From positions 576,001-640,000 of the forward strand of contig OY762209.1 of NCBI GenBank assembly GCA_963665295.1: 64,000 bases of DNA, given 5' to 3'. The notes beneath the pieces are model-generated. The model searched no databases. It was not told the DNA's origin and saw only the letters and a program-made list of their open reading frames with translations. A program made the position numbers and the translations under genes. Position 1 is the first letter of the stretch, and each line of letters starts with the position of its first letter. Below are positions 30,703 to 40,981 of this stretch, in pieces. The DNA comes from Syntrophorhabdaceae bacterium (GTDB lineage Bacteria > Desulfobacterota > Syntrophorhabdia > Syntrophorhabdales > Syntrophorhabdaceae).

Positions 30703-30876
30703 GATCGTCCTCCCGGACGATCAACCGAAAATACCGGCGGAGAAGAGCCGCCGGGTTCATGCCTCCCGACATAATAAAACCGCACGCTCCTTGAGCGAAG
30801 GCGGCCCGCGCCACGGGGTCAGGAGGCATCCTTTTATGGTGACGCCCCTTGACCCGGTGACCCGTCCTGTTTCTTC

Positions 30877-31599
30877 CTACTTTTTACCCGCCGCCCTGGA
30901 AACCTCCAGCAGGAAGTCTTCAGCGCGAGGGTTCTTCGCCGTTGTCCTGATCAATATATCCGTGGGGCTCACCTTACTGTTACGATAGTACGCGCGGTTC
31001 CATCCATTTCTTACTTTGACCACCGCGCCGTCAAGGGAGATGCCCGCGAAAAGTCCCTGAGACCGGGAAAAGCTGAGTATGTCCGCGCTCAGGTTGGCGG
31101 TAGCCGCTGCGGTCCCCGCACCTATGGGGCCGGCGGCGATACCCACGTCAGCTCCCAGTTTCACGCTGCTGTTGAGAAATGCGGTGACGCCCCGCTCCGT
31201 CATGGCCAGGAGCACCACCTCCGACGCCTGACCTCCCGCCTGAAGGCCGAAGCTGACCTCGCCGATGGTATAGAATGCGGGCCCTACCCAATGCCCTGTC
31301 CTCGCATCCCGCACCGCAAGCACCCCGCTCCCTCCCGAGGCGCCCACGATGAAGGCCCCTTTAAGGATCTGAGGAGCGATGAAGACACCCTTCGCATCTT
31401 TCAAAAGGCTGCGAAACGCGTCCATCTCGGGCGCTGCAAGAAAATTCTCGAAGGTCATGCGGCTCTTCTCCACGAGCTGCCTCGCGTCGGCAAGATCGCT
31501 TGCCCCCAATGCAGGAAAAGTCATGACGCTGCACAGCAAGACAACAGCCAGGACACCCTTCAGCGCTTTCTTCCACACACATCTGTTCATCATATCCAT
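30877..31599 (-). CDS. Lipid-binding SYLF (Ysc84) domain protein
   Basis: KGAFIVGASGGSG, PAFY...SFGLQAG, SQGLFAGISLDG. Confidence 0.92.
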   Translation of the reverse strand: MDMMNRCVWKKALKGVLAVVLLCSVMTFPALGASDLADARQLVEKSRMTFENFLAAPEMDAFRSLLKDAKGVFIAPQILKGAFIVGASGGSGVLAVRDARTGHWVGPAFYTIGEVSFGLQAGGQASEVVLLAMTERGVTAFLNSSVKLGADVGIAAGPIGAGTAAATANLSADILSFSRSQGLFAGISLDGAVVKVRNGWNRAYYRNSKVSPTDILIRTTAKNPRAEDFLLEVSRAAGKK

Positions 31600-31736
31600 A
31601 CTGCCTCCCTTGCGAAGGGGTTACGGGTGCCCGCCGTTGCCGACGGGCGCCTTCGCACCCCGTCTTCTTCATGATGCGACCGCCCGGGGGCGCCCGCCAA
31701 TTTTACGTCCTGCCTGAATTGTTGCCGGTAAAGCCC

Positions 31737-32261
31737 TTACTTTGCCGGTTCGAAATGGGCATTCCTGTTTTTGGCCCAGCACTCCTCGTTATGTTCCTTG
31801 CAGAGCGGCCTTTCCTTACCGTAGCTCACCGTGTTGAGGAGCGCGCCATCGACTCCCAGGCCCACGAGGTAACTCTTCGCTGAATCGGCCCTCTTCTGAC
31901 CCAGGACCAGGTTGTACTCTACAGTACCCCTCTCATCGCAGTTGCCCTCGATCCGCACCTTCTTGCCCGGGTTCTGTTTGAACCAGTCCATATCCTTCTT
32001 CAGTATGTCCGCGTCCCCTGTCCTGATGTTATACTTGTCGAAATCAAACTGGATGTCGCTCAATGCGGCGGCGGGCGGTGGGGGCGGTGGGGGCGGCTGA
32101 ACGGGCATCTCTTTCGGAGGTTCCGGAGCAGGCGCCTTCACTTCAGGTGCGGGCGGGGGCGCCGTCTCACCCTTCTGGGCCTGCATGAAGCATCCACAAC
32201 CACTGAGAAACAATGCAAATACAACGAGCACACAAAAGCAGACTACCGACCTTGTTTTCAT
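31737..32261 (-). CDS. pal: Peptidoglycan-associated lipoprotein
   Basis: Lipobox LSGC, Pro-rich linker, FDFDK, EGNCDERGTVEYNLVLG, SYGKERP. Confidence 0.9.
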   Translation of the reverse strand: MKTRSVVCFCVLVVFALFLSGCGCFMQAQKGETAPPPAPEVKAPAPEPPKEMPVQPPPPPPPPAAALSDIQFDFDKYNIRTGDADILKKDMDWFKQNPGKKVRIEGNCDERGTVEYNLVLGQKRADSAKSYLVGLGVDGALLNTVSYGKERPLCKEHNEECWAKNRNAHFEPAK

Positions 32262-32525
32262 AAAGTCCTCCTCCTTCTCTTTTTTTGAAAGGCATACGAG
32301 AAACCCGATATGCCCCCGACTGCAGCGACGTCTCTTCCTTTTAATAATATTATCCTCTCTTTGCAGGTTTGCAATATCTTTTTGACAAGAATTTACAGGG
32401 GTTTAAGGGTTATTAGAGGAAAAGAGGCGCGTAAGGTCAGGGAGGGTTCCGGTTTGAAGCCTTTTGAGCCCGCGGAGGGCTGCGCCGCCTCGGAGATGCG
32501 AGACGCCGCAGCCGGGGACCCCCGT

Positions 32526-33914
32526 TCACAGCCAGTGAGATGCGAGACGAGCGATCAGCTCTTTCAGCCGGACCCAGAGCGGCCGTTCGGCCCACTCCTT
32601 CGGCGTGATTGCCTTTGATGCAGCCACATCCCTTTGGAACAGGTCCTCCATCTGGTTCGCGAAATCCACCCCGAGAATGACGGCGTTTATCTCGTTGTTC
32701 CGAAGGAAGCTCCAAAGGTCAAAGTTGGTGGAGCCTACCGTGGACCAGACACCGTCGATAACCGCCGTCTTCGCATGGAGCATTCTGTCGCCGCGTTCGT
32801 ACAGCTTTACCCCCGCTTCGAGAAGGTCTTCGTAATGAGACCGGCCTGAGAGAAGGGCCGGTTCGGAATCGCTCACGCCGGGAAGGACAAGGGTTACGTC
32901 AACCCCACGCCGCGCTGCGCCGGTGAGGGCTTCCATCATCTGCTCGTCCGGCACAAAATAGGCGTTGGTCAAATGAACGAACCGCCTCGCGCTCTTTATG
33001 GCCGAGACGTACATAACGTAGGTGAGCCGCTTTGAATCACCGGGCGTGCTCCCCACTGCCGTGATCAACTCCTTTCCCTCGGACCGGGCGGCCGGGAAAT
33101 AGTCCCTGCCTGTGAGGGGAGGTCCTTTTTGCGCGCGCCATGTCCTGAGGAACAGTTCCTGGAACTGAGCAACGGCGGGCCCTTCGATCATGACGTGCGT
33201 ATCCCTCCACCCGAAGGTCTCCCCGTCGTTCGGGCGCGCTCGCGAAGGACTCGCGGAGAAGACACTGCTGATATTCACCCCTCCCGTGAAGGCTGTCCTC
33301 CCGTCGATGACTACCACCTTCCGGTGGTCCCGGTGGGTGATCAAGTCCCGCCGCCTCGCCTGCAAAGGGTTGATGGGATTGAATTCGAGGGTCTTCACTC
33401 CTCCTGCCCGCAACTTCCCGAAGAAGGCGGCAGGCGTATTCTTGCAGCCTACACTGTCGTAAATCAGGTTCACCTGAACACCCTCGGCCTGTTTTTGAAG
33501 GAGGAGCTCCGCAAACCGTCGGCCCACGTCGTCGTCATCGAATACGAAGGTTTCAAGATTGATGTGGTCCCTTGCCGCCGCAATGGCTTTTGACATGGCG
33601 GCGTACGTGGCGGGGCCGTCCACGAGAAGGGTGGCGCGGTTTCCCGTGGTGAGCGAGTGTCCGCTCAAGGACTGCATAAGCACGATATTGGCCTGGAGCA
33701 AATCCGTGGGGCCGGCCTGCCGTTCAAGGCGGGTGAGTATACGGTCGCTCGCCCTGCGCGGCAATCTTCCTCGGACGCCTGCGATTTCCGGCGATTCGAC
33801 GCTTTCCGAGCTTTCCTCCATGAGGCGCGAAACGTCCGGAAGGGTGGCGGTACATCCCGCGAGGAACAGGATGCACAAAGACAGGAGGAACACTACAACT
33901 CTTGAACGCGACAT
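32526..33914 (-). CDS. cls: Cardiolipin synthase (PLD family)
   Basis: Two HKD motifs, HRKVVVID and HAKTAVID. Confidence 0.9.
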   Translation of the reverse strand: MSRSRVVVFLLSLCILFLAGCTATLPDVSRLMEESSESVESPEIAGVRGRLPRRASDRILTRLERQAGPTDLLQANIVLMQSLSGHSLTTGNRATLLVDGPATYAAMSKAIAAARDHINLETFVFDDDDVGRRFAELLLQKQAEGVQVNLIYDSVGCKNTPAAFFGKLRAGGVKTLEFNPINPLQARRRDLITHRDHRKVVVIDGRTAFTGGVNISSVFSASPSRARPNDGETFGWRDTHVMIEGPAVAQFQELFLRTWRAQKGPPLTGRDYFPAARSEGKELITAVGSTPGDSKRLTYVMYVSAIKSARRFVHLTNAYFVPDEQMMEALTGAARRGVDVTLVLPGVSDSEPALLSGRSHYEDLLEAGVKLYERGDRMLHAKTAVIDGVWSTVGSTNFDLWSFLRNNEINAVILGVDFANQMEDLFQRDVAASKAITPKEWAERPLWVRLKELIARLASHWL

Positions 33915-34097
33915 ATACGCCCCTCACAACAGCCCGCCATATACCCCCCTTAATGAAGAAGGTAATGGCTGGACAGGGGCAAAGTCAACGGTTCCATCAG
34001 GGCCGGATTCCCCCGGGTCGCACGGGCGGACAGACCTCTGGGCGAGGCGGACCTACTGCAATTGTCATGGGAGGAAAGGCGAGCCGGTGAAGCAGGT

Positions 34098-35393
34098 TCA
34101 GCTGCCGAAGACCCGTTTGAAGATCGTGTCCACGTGCTGGAAATAATGCTCGTTGTTGGTGGTGCCCTCGATCTCGTCCGCGGTCAGGTACCTGCCTATC
34201 TCTTCGTCCTTCTTCAACTCAACGGTAAAATCGAGGCCCTGCTCGTAGCACATCATGGCTACCCTCTGGGTAAGTTTGTAGGCGTCCTGTCTTGTAAGGC
34301 CCTTTTTGATAAGGCTCAGGAGTATCGCTTCCGAATGGTGGAGCCCTTTCGACAGGCCCATGTTCGCCGCCATCCTTTCAGGGTAGACTATGAGGTTCTT
34401 GTACATGTTCTTCAGGCGTTCGAGCATGTAATCGAGGAGGATCGTCGCATCGGGGCCTATTACCCTCTCCACGGAAGAATGGCTGATATCCCTTTCGTGC
34501 CAGAGCGGTATGTTTTCGAGGGCGGAGAGCGCATATCCCCGGATCAGGCGGGCGAGACCGCACAGGTTCTCCGAGGCTATGGGGTTCCTCTTGTGAGGCA
34601 TGGCCGATGAACCGGTCTGCCCTTTCTGAAAGAACTCCTCCGCTTCGCCCACTTCCGTTCTCTGGAGGTGCCTCACTTCCAGGGACATCTTCTCTACCGA
34701 CGACGCGATAATGGCCAGGGTGGTGAAAAACTCCGCATGGTAATCCCTGGGCACGATCTGTGTGGAGATGGGCGCGGGTTTCAAGCCCATTTTCTTGCAT
34801 ACATATTCTTCCACAAAGGGAGGTACATGGGCGAAGGTGCCCACGGCGCCGGAAATCTTGGCAAAGGCGATGCGCTCACGCGCCGCTTTCAACCGTTCCA
34901 GATTCCTTCTCATTTCATCGTAAAAATGAGCCATCTTGAGACCGAAGGTGATGGGCTCCGCGTGTATGCCGTGACTCCTCCCGATCATGGGGGTGTCCTT
35001 GTACTTATAGGCCTGCTCTTTCAGAACGGACATGAGGTTCTGTACGTCCTGCACCAGTATGTCGGAGGCTTCCTTCAGAAGGCACGCGAAGGACGTATCG
35101 AGTATGTCCGACGAGGTGATGCCCATATGGATAAACTTCGACGAGGGGCCCACGAACTCCGAGACGCATTCTATAAAGGCCACCACATCGTGTCTGGTTC
35201 TCTTCTCTATCTCAAAGATCCGATCCACGTCGAAGCGGGCCTTCTCGATGATGTTCTCCATGTCCTGACGCGGTATGAGGTTCAATTCCCCGTATGCCTC
35301 ACAGATGTTTACCTCGATCTCGAGCCATTTCCGGAACCTGTTCGCATCATTCCATATCTTTGTCATGCGCGGCAGCGTATACCTGTCTATCAT
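34098..35393 (-). CDS. purB: Adenylosuccinate lyase
   Basis: MIDRY, RHDVVAF, GRSHGIHAEP, GSSAMPHKRNP. Confidence 0.97.
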   Translation of the reverse strand: MIDRYTLPRMTKIWNDANRFRKWLEIEVNICEAYGELNLIPRQDMENIIEKARFDVDRIFEIEKRTRHDVVAFIECVSEFVGPSSKFIHMGITSSDILDTSFACLLKEASDILVQDVQNLMSVLKEQAYKYKDTPMIGRSHGIHAEPITFGLKMAHFYDEMRRNLERLKAARERIAFAKISGAVGTFAHVPPFVEEYVCKKMGLKPAPISTQIVPRDYHAEFFTTLAIIASSVEKMSLEVRHLQRTEVGEAEEFFQKGQTGSSAMPHKRNPIASENLCGLARLIRGYALSALENIPLWHERDISHSSVERVIGPDATILLDYMLERLKNMYKNLIVYPERMAANMGLSKGLHHSEAILLSLIKKGLTRQDAYKLTQRVAMMCYEQGLDFTVELKKDEEIGRYLTADEIEGTTNNEHYFQHVDTIFKRVFGS

Positions 35394-35399
35394 GGCTCT

Positions 35400-35429
35400 A
35401 TGATACCTTAAGCGCCCGGCCCTTGTCAA
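35400..35429 (-). promoter_or_regulatory. purB promoter (leaderless arrangement)
   Basis: TTGACA-18-TATCAT, then 6 nt to the ATG; no Shine-Dalgarno. Confidence 0.65.
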
Positions 35430-35509
35430 TTTGGAATCGTGGGAAAATGATCATGAGTGCCCGCGTTGCCCGCGCCCACGGTGGTAAGCGGGAGTCGAAA
35501 ACCCTGCGG

Positions 35510-36346
35510 TTATTGTGAGGGGACGGTGTGGAAGAGAAACCCCCGCCACGCGTTCTTCTGCTCCATCCTGAGGAGGTGAAGGGAATTGAAGAGAGCGACG
35601 AGGCGCGTCCTGTCCCTGCCCAGGATGCCCGACACGACGATCTTTCCTCCCGGCGCGGCAAAGGACTTCACCTTCTCCGAACAAGCAGTAAAGGTCCTTA
35701 TATCGAGGTTCGCGAGGACCACGTCGTAGACGCCCCCCACGTGGGTGAGGTCGGCGCAGATTACTTCTATGTTTGTCGCCTTGTTCAGGCTTATGTTCTT
35801 TCGCGCATTGAGGACCGTGTCGAGGTCATTATCCACGGACACCACGCTTTCGGCGCCCCTTTGACGGGCGTAAAGGGAGAGTATGGCGGAACCGCATCCC
35901 AGGTCGAGAACGCGTGCGCCCGTAAGGTCCATCGCCTTCATGATCTTTATCATGAGCCGTGTCGATTCGTGCCTCCCCGTTCCGAAGGCCATGCCGGGTT
36001 CGATGATGAGAGAAGGGCCTTTCGCGCGGGTTTTGTTCCACGGGGCCAGAACGGTAAGGTCCTCTATTTTTATGGGACGGAAATACTGCATCGTAAGGGT
36101 GCTGTAGTCCCTGAGTTCTTCCTGTTCTATCTTGATGTCACGCAGGGGCACGGGTGAGGCGTCTACCGCTTTGAGGAAGGCTTCCCGGTCGTCGGGATAG
36201 AACTTCACGAGTACGGTCTCGCCCTTCTCTTCCGTCCAGACTCCTGTTTTGGAGAGGAGATAAAGCTCCTCGGGGAGCAACTCTTCCATGCCCTTGTCCA
36301 CAAGCAGTTCTATACGGGTCTTGTACTGCGGTTCAGGATTTTTCAT
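35510..36346 (-). CDS. prmA: Ribosomal protein L11 methyltransferase
   Basis: IEPGMAFGTGRHEST, VLDLGCGS. Confidence 0.9.
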   Translation of the reverse strand: MKNPEPQYKTRIELLVDKGMEELLPEELYLLSKTGVWTEEKGETVLVKFYPDDREAFLKAVDASPVPLRDIKIEQEELRDYSTLTMQYFRPIKIEDLTVLAPWNKTRAKGPSLIIEPGMAFGTGRHESTRLMIKIMKAMDLTGARVLDLGCGSAILSLYARQRGAESVVSVDNDLDTVLNARKNISLNKATNIEVICADLTHVGGVYDVVLANLDIRTFTACSEKVKSFAAPGGKIVVSGILGRDRTRLVALFNSLHLLRMEQKNAWRGFLFHTVPSQ

Positions 36347-36376
36347 CGATGAGAGAACCGGTTCCTTGTCAATCTC

Positions 36377-37249
36377 CTATGCACGGGGGAATACAACCCT
36401 GCCCATTCTCTCCGTGTCATATCCCGTGAAATCTCTCACCCGGTGCAGGAGCCGCGACTGTTCGAAAAAAGCGAGGAACTCTTTTACAGGGGCGCTGTAG
36501 AAGTGCTCGGTAGAGACGACCAGTTCGAAGTTCTCCCTGAAGAGGGGAACAAAATCGAGGCCGAGTATATGGGCGATATACCGGATACCGAAGGCCGCAT
36601 CCCCGTCGCCTCTGAGTACGCTCTGCCCCGCTTCGAGGTGCGAGCCGGCTTCCAGGCTGTACCCCTTGATGCTGGCCGGGTCTATCCGTTTCTCCTGAAC
36701 GAGAAAATCGAAGAGGAGCCGCGTCCCGGAACCCTGGTTTCTGTTGATGAAGGAGATCCCTTTGCCGGGAAGATCACCAAGAGAACCGATCTCCAGGGGA
36801 TTGCCTTTCTGAAGATAAAGGCCCTGTTCCCTCATAAAGAGGTGGACCACCACGTAATCGTCCGTGCCGAGGTACTTGTCCACGTAGGAGAGATTATACT
36901 CCTTCTTTTCTGTGTCGAAGATATGAACGCATGCAATGGTGGCGCTGCTCTGTTTCAGGGCCTTGAGACCGTTTATACTCCCCACCGGGGCGTAGTAGAC
37001 GAGCCCATCCCTCCCCTTGTTGTATGCGTCGATAATATTCCTCAGGAGTACATCATCGCTGCCGGCGATATAGACCTGCTGCTCCCTCTCCGTATTCTCC
37101 AGTATCCACTTGTCGATCAGTTCCTTTACGAACGCTACGGTCCCGCCGATCTTCATCGATGGTATGCGCGATTCCTGGGCAAGCTTGTATATCTTCTTTT
37201 CGTTTATCTTGAGATACTTCGAGAGATCTCTCGCGGACATGATTTCCAT
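36377..37249 (-). CDS. Excisionase-type HTH plus periplasmic-binding-like domain regulator (TaoR-like, Mo/W-related)
   Basis: LSKYLKINEKKIYKL HTH; AGSDD, GSINGL, REQGL, NRNQGSGTR; divergent from the tup genes. Confidence 0.85.
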   Translation of the reverse strand: MEIMSARDLSKYLKINEKKIYKLAQESRIPSMKIGGTVAFVKELIDKWILENTEREQQVYIAGSDDVLLRNIIDAYNKGRDGLVYYAPVGSINGLKALKQSSATIACVHIFDTEKKEYNLSYVDKYLGTDDYVVVHLFMREQGLYLQKGNPLEIGSLGDLPGKGISFINRNQGSGTRLLFDFLVQEKRIDPASIKGYSLEAGSHLEAGQSVLRGDGDAAFGIRYIAHILGLDFVPLFRENFELVVSTEHFYSAPVKEFLAFFEQSRLLHRVRDFTGYDTERMGRVVFPRA

Positions 37250-37256
37250 GGTGACA

Positions 37257-37285
37257 ATTATAACTCAAAAAAAGATTCTTTGCAA
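37257..37285 (-). promoter_or_regulatory. Promoter of the regulator (leaderless arrangement)
   Basis: TTGCAA-17-TATAAT, then 7 nt to the ATG. Confidence 0.65.
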
Positions 37286-37410
37286 CGGTAGTGAAATTGT
37301 AAGTTTTGGTTATTACCGGGCGCGCGTGGTAATCATGATTGCCGTAACGTGTTGAAGCTTCTGTGTTTTTTTGATATAGTGATCGTAGAATACGCATAAG
37401 GAGGCCTGTC

Positions 37411-38268
37411 GTGCAAAAGATTTTGACAAAATGGAGTTTTATCGTCTTTCTCGGGCTGGCCCTGACTATGCCTTCCCTCCTCTATGCTGAGCCGCCGGAG
37501 TCCATCCTCTGGGCCTGCACCATCGGTCCTATCGATTCGGGCGTCGTGGCTGCCCTGGAGAAGGGCTACGAATCGGAATCGGGGGTAAGGGTGCGCCACG
37601 TCGGAGCAGGCACCGGTGCGACCCTCGACCTTGCAAAAAAAGGGAATATCGACCTCGTCATGGTCCATGCCAGGGCCCTCGAGGAAAAGTTCATAAAGGA
37701 AGGCTTCGGCACGGAAAGGATCGACCTCATGTATAACGATTTCGTCATCGTTGGGCCCCCGGAAGACCCCGCGGGTGTAAAAGGCACGAGGAAGGCGGTG
37801 GACGCCCTCCGCAAGATCGCCGAAAAAGGGGCCCTCTTTGTGACGAGAGGCGACAAATCCGGGACCCACGTGGCTGAAACGGCCCTCTGGGACAAAGCGG
37901 GCCTGAAACCGGCGGGCGCCTGGTACAAGACCTATGAGAAAGGGTCCGAAGGCAATGTGCCCACCCTCCGTTACACGGACCTTTCAAAGGCCTACACCGT
38001 TATCGACCGGGCAACATTCCTCACCCTGAAGAAGGAGATCAACCTCGCCATACTGGTGGAAGGAGACGAGGCGCTTCTCAACTACATCAGTATCATCCCC
38101 GTTAATCCCCGGACGGTAAAGAGGGTAGACCCTGAAGGCGCCATGGCCTTCGCGAAATGGCTCACCTCGCCGGAGAAAGGGCAAAAGGTCATCAGGGATT
38201 TCGGCAAAGACCAATATGGGAGTCCGCTCTTTTTCCCCAATTCCAGGGAATGGCGGGCCATTCACTAA
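37411..38268 (+). CDS. TupA-like oxyanion-binding protein, variant motif
   Basis: GTG, VHA, MYNDF.IVGP, TRGDKSGTH; CTIGPIDSG replaces TTTSxxDSG. Confidence 0.85.
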   Translation: MQKILTKWSFIVFLGLALTMPSLLYAEPPESILWACTIGPIDSGVVAALEKGYESESGVRVRHVGAGTGATLDLAKKGNIDLVMVHARALEEKFIKEGFGTERIDLMYNDFVIVGPPEDPAGVKGTRKAVDALRKIAEKGALFVTRGDKSGTHVAETALWDKAGLKPAGAWYKTYEKGSEGNVPTLRYTDLSKAYTVIDRATFLTLKKEINLAILVEGDEALLNYISIIPVNPRTVKRVDPEGAMAFAKWLTSPEKGQKVIRDFGKDQYGSPLFFPNSREWRAIH

Positions 38269-38316
38269 AATGTGCCCTTTTCTGAGGATCGGAAAAAACA
38301 CAAAGGAGGAAACTTT

Positions 38317-39171
38317 ATGAAACGTGTTCCGGCAATATGCTCAATCGCATGGATGGCCTTCATGCTTCTCTGCGCATTCGGCCCATCTCCCGCTCTTGCG
38401 GAGAAAAATATTATCCTCGCCACAACCACAAGCACCCAGGATTCCGGCCTTCTCGACGTTCTCATTCCTGTCTTTGAAAAGAAGACGGGGTATTTCGTGA
38501 AAACCATAGCGGTAGGCTCGGGTCAGGCCATGGCCATGGGTCAGAAGGGAGAAGCCGACGTGCTCCTCGTCCATTCCCCCCAGGCGGAGATGAAGTTTAT
38601 GACCGAGGGCTTCGGCGCGACCCGGCGACTCGTCATGCACAATGACTTCATAATAGTAGGACCCGCTTCCGACCCCGCAAAGCTCCGGGGCGCGAAGACA
38701 TCGTCGGAGGCGATGAAAAAGATCGCCGCATCGAAGAGCATCTTTCTGTCGAGAGGAGACAACTCGGGGACCCATTCGAAAGAGCAGGCCCTATGGAAAG
38801 CCGCAGGCGTGAAATACGACGGCGAGAAGTGGTACCAGCAGACAGGCCTCGGCATGGGGCAGACCCTGAACGTGGCATCCGAGAAACAGGCATATACCCT
38901 GGCCGACCGCGGCACGTACCTGGCCCTCAAGAAAAGGCTCTCCCTCGATATACTGGTCCAGGGAGATGCGAGCCTTCTCAACATCTACCATGTGATCGAG
39001 ATGAACCGCGCCAAGTTTCCCAGGCTGAACGCGGCGGGCGGCAAAGCTTTCGCCGATTTCATAGTTTCCCCGGAGACCCAGAACATAATCAAGACCTTCG
39101 GCGTGGACAAATTCGGGTCGCCCCTCTTTTTCCCTGACGCAGGCAAAAAGGTGGAGGACCTGGGGAAATAG
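38317..39171 (+). CDS. tupA: Tungstate ABC transporter substrate-binding protein
   Basis: ATTTSTQDSGLLD, SRGDNSGTH, GMGQTL. Confidence 0.93.
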   Translation: MKRVPAICSIAWMAFMLLCAFGPSPALAEKNIILATTTSTQDSGLLDVLIPVFEKKTGYFVKTIAVGSGQAMAMGQKGEADVLLVHSPQAEMKFMTEGFGATRRLVMHNDFIIVGPASDPAKLRGAKTSSEAMKKIAASKSIFLSRGDNSGTHSKEQALWKAAGVKYDGEKWYQQTGLGMGQTLNVASEKQAYTLADRGTYLALKKRLSLDILVQGDASLLNIYHVIEMNRAKFPRLNAAGGKAFADFIVSPETQNIIKTFGVDKFGSPLFFPDAGKKVEDLGK

Positions 39172-39175
39172 ATAG

Positions 39176-39874
39176 ATGGAACTGATTCTTGAGGGTGTAA
39201 AGAAGGCATTTTTCCTTCTCTTCACCCTCGACCCGGAAGTGCTGCGCATTACCCTTCTTTCCCTTGAGGTCTCGGGGGTCGCGACCTTGCTGAGCCTCAT
39301 AATAGGGGTGCCTTTGGGGGCAATGATCGGCCTTTCCAATTTTCCCGGAAAACGCCTGACCGTGGGCCTCATCAACACGGGTATGGGATTGCCCCCTGTG
39401 GTGGTCGGCCTCTTTGTTACCATATTCCTCTGGCGAAGCGGCCCTCTCGGGTTTTTGGGCATGCTCTTCACCCCCTCCGCCATGATCCTCGCCCAGGCGG
39501 TCATCGCCACCCCCATCGTCATGGGCATTACCGTGGCCGCCATGCAGCAGTTACCGAGGGACTTGAGGCTCCAGGTACTCTCCCTCGGAGCGAGCAAGCT
39601 CCAGATGTTCCTCACGCTCCTCAAGGAGGCGCGTCTTTCCCTTCTCGCCGCGGTCATGGCAGGCTTCGGCGGCGTGATCTCCGAAATAGGCGCGTCCATC
39701 ATGGTGGGCGGCAACATAAAAGGATATACCAGGGTCCTCACTACTGCGACGGTTATGGAAACGAGCAAGGGAAACTTCGATGTGGCCATCGCCCTCAGCA
39801 TTATCCTCCTCGTCCTCGCATACTGTATCAACCTCATACTGACCCACGTGCAACAGAGGGAGCGGCCGCGATGA
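39176..39874 (+). CDS. tupB: Tungstate ABC transporter permease
   Basis: MGLPPVVVGL, RSGPLG, SEIGA..MVGGNIKGYTR. Confidence 0.93.
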   Translation: MELILEGVKKAFFLLFTLDPEVLRITLLSLEVSGVATLLSLIIGVPLGAMIGLSNFPGKRLTVGLINTGMGLPPVVVGLFVTIFLWRSGPLGFLGMLFTPSAMILAQAVIATPIVMGITVAAMQQLPRDLRLQVLSLGASKLQMFLTLLKEARLSLLAAVMAGFGGVISEIGASIMVGGNIKGYTRVLTTATVMETSKGNFDVAIALSIILLVLAYCINLILTHVQQRERPR

Positions 39875-40959
39875 CCTCCGTACCCATACTCGACGTAAAG
39901 GGGGTCAAGGTCGTCCTCGCGGGAATACGCGTTCTCGACATCCCGTCCCTCTCCCTTGCAGAAAGAGAGGTACTTTCCCTCATAGGGCCCAACGGCGCGG
40001 GGAAATCGACCCTTCTCAAGGCCTTAAGCTCCCTCATCAGGATCAGCGCGGGCGCGATCCTGTTCCATGGTCTCGAAGTAGGCTCCGACTGCCCCCTGCC
40101 CCAGTACAGGAAGCGGGTTACCATGGTCTTCCAGGACCCCCTCCTCTTCGACACCACCGTCTTCGGAAACGTGGCGGCAGGCCTCCGGTTCCGGGGCATC
40201 AGGGGCCGGGAGATGGAGACCGCCGTTGCCGAGGCCATGAATCTTTTCGGCATCGACCACCTCGCGGGCCGGGCGGCGAGAAAGATATCAGGCGGAGAGG
40301 CCCAGAGGGTGAGCCTTGCGAGGGCCTTCGCCACCAAACCGGAGGTCCTCCTCCTCGACGAACCCTTTTCCGCCCTCGACCCCCCCACACGGGAAACGCT
40401 CGTCACGGACCTCGAATCCGTGCTGCGCCTCTCCAACATCACCGCGGTTTTCGCGACCCATGACCGGACAGAGGCCCTGCGCCTCTCTCACAGGATCGCC
40501 GTCATGCACGAAGGGCGCATCCTTCAGATAGGCTCCCCCCACGAGATCATGAACTATCCCATCGACCCCTTCGTCGCGTCCTTCGTCGGCGTGGACACCT
40601 TTGTAAGCTGTCTGGTCGCTTCGGTCGGGCAGAGCACCTTCACCGCAACAGTGGGCGACCTCAGGATCGAGGCCCCGGGAGGGCACAAAGTGGGCGACAG
40701 GCTTTTCCTCTGCATCCGCCCCGAGGATGTAATCCTTCGCGCAGCGAACGGGAGCGCTCCGGGCGACCCCAACACCTTCCGCTGCACAGTCCGGAAGGTC
40801 ACCTCCATGGGCCCCTACCACAAGGTCCTGGTGGACTGCGGATTCCCCCTCACCGCCTACGTGACCCGCCCCCACGCCCAGGACCTGGCCCTGCAGGAAG
40901 GCCAACCCCTCACCGCAACCATCCCCCCCACCGCCATCCACGTAGTAAAAGAAGGGTAA
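39871..40959 (+). CDS. tupC: Tungstate ABC transporter ATPase with TOBE domains
   Basis: GPNGAGKS, ISGGEAQR, LLLDEP. Confidence 0.9.
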   Translation: MTSVPILDVKGVKVVLAGIRVLDIPSLSLAEREVLSLIGPNGAGKSTLLKALSSLIRISAGAILFHGLEVGSDCPLPQYRKRVTMVFQDPLLFDTTVFGNVAAGLRFRGIRGREMETAVAEAMNLFGIDHLAGRAARKISGGEAQRVSLARAFATKPEVLLLDEPFSALDPPTRETLVTDLESVLRLSNITAVFATHDRTEALRLSHRIAVMHEGRILQIGSPHEIMNYPIDPFVASFVGVDTFVSCLVASVGQSTFTATVGDLRIEAPGGHKVGDRLFLCIRPEDVILRAANGSAPGDPNTFRCTVRKVTSMGPYHKVLVDCGFPLTAYVTRPHAQDLALQEGQPLTATIPPTAIHVVKEG

Positions 40960-40981
40960 GCTGTTGATAAAATAAGAGCGT

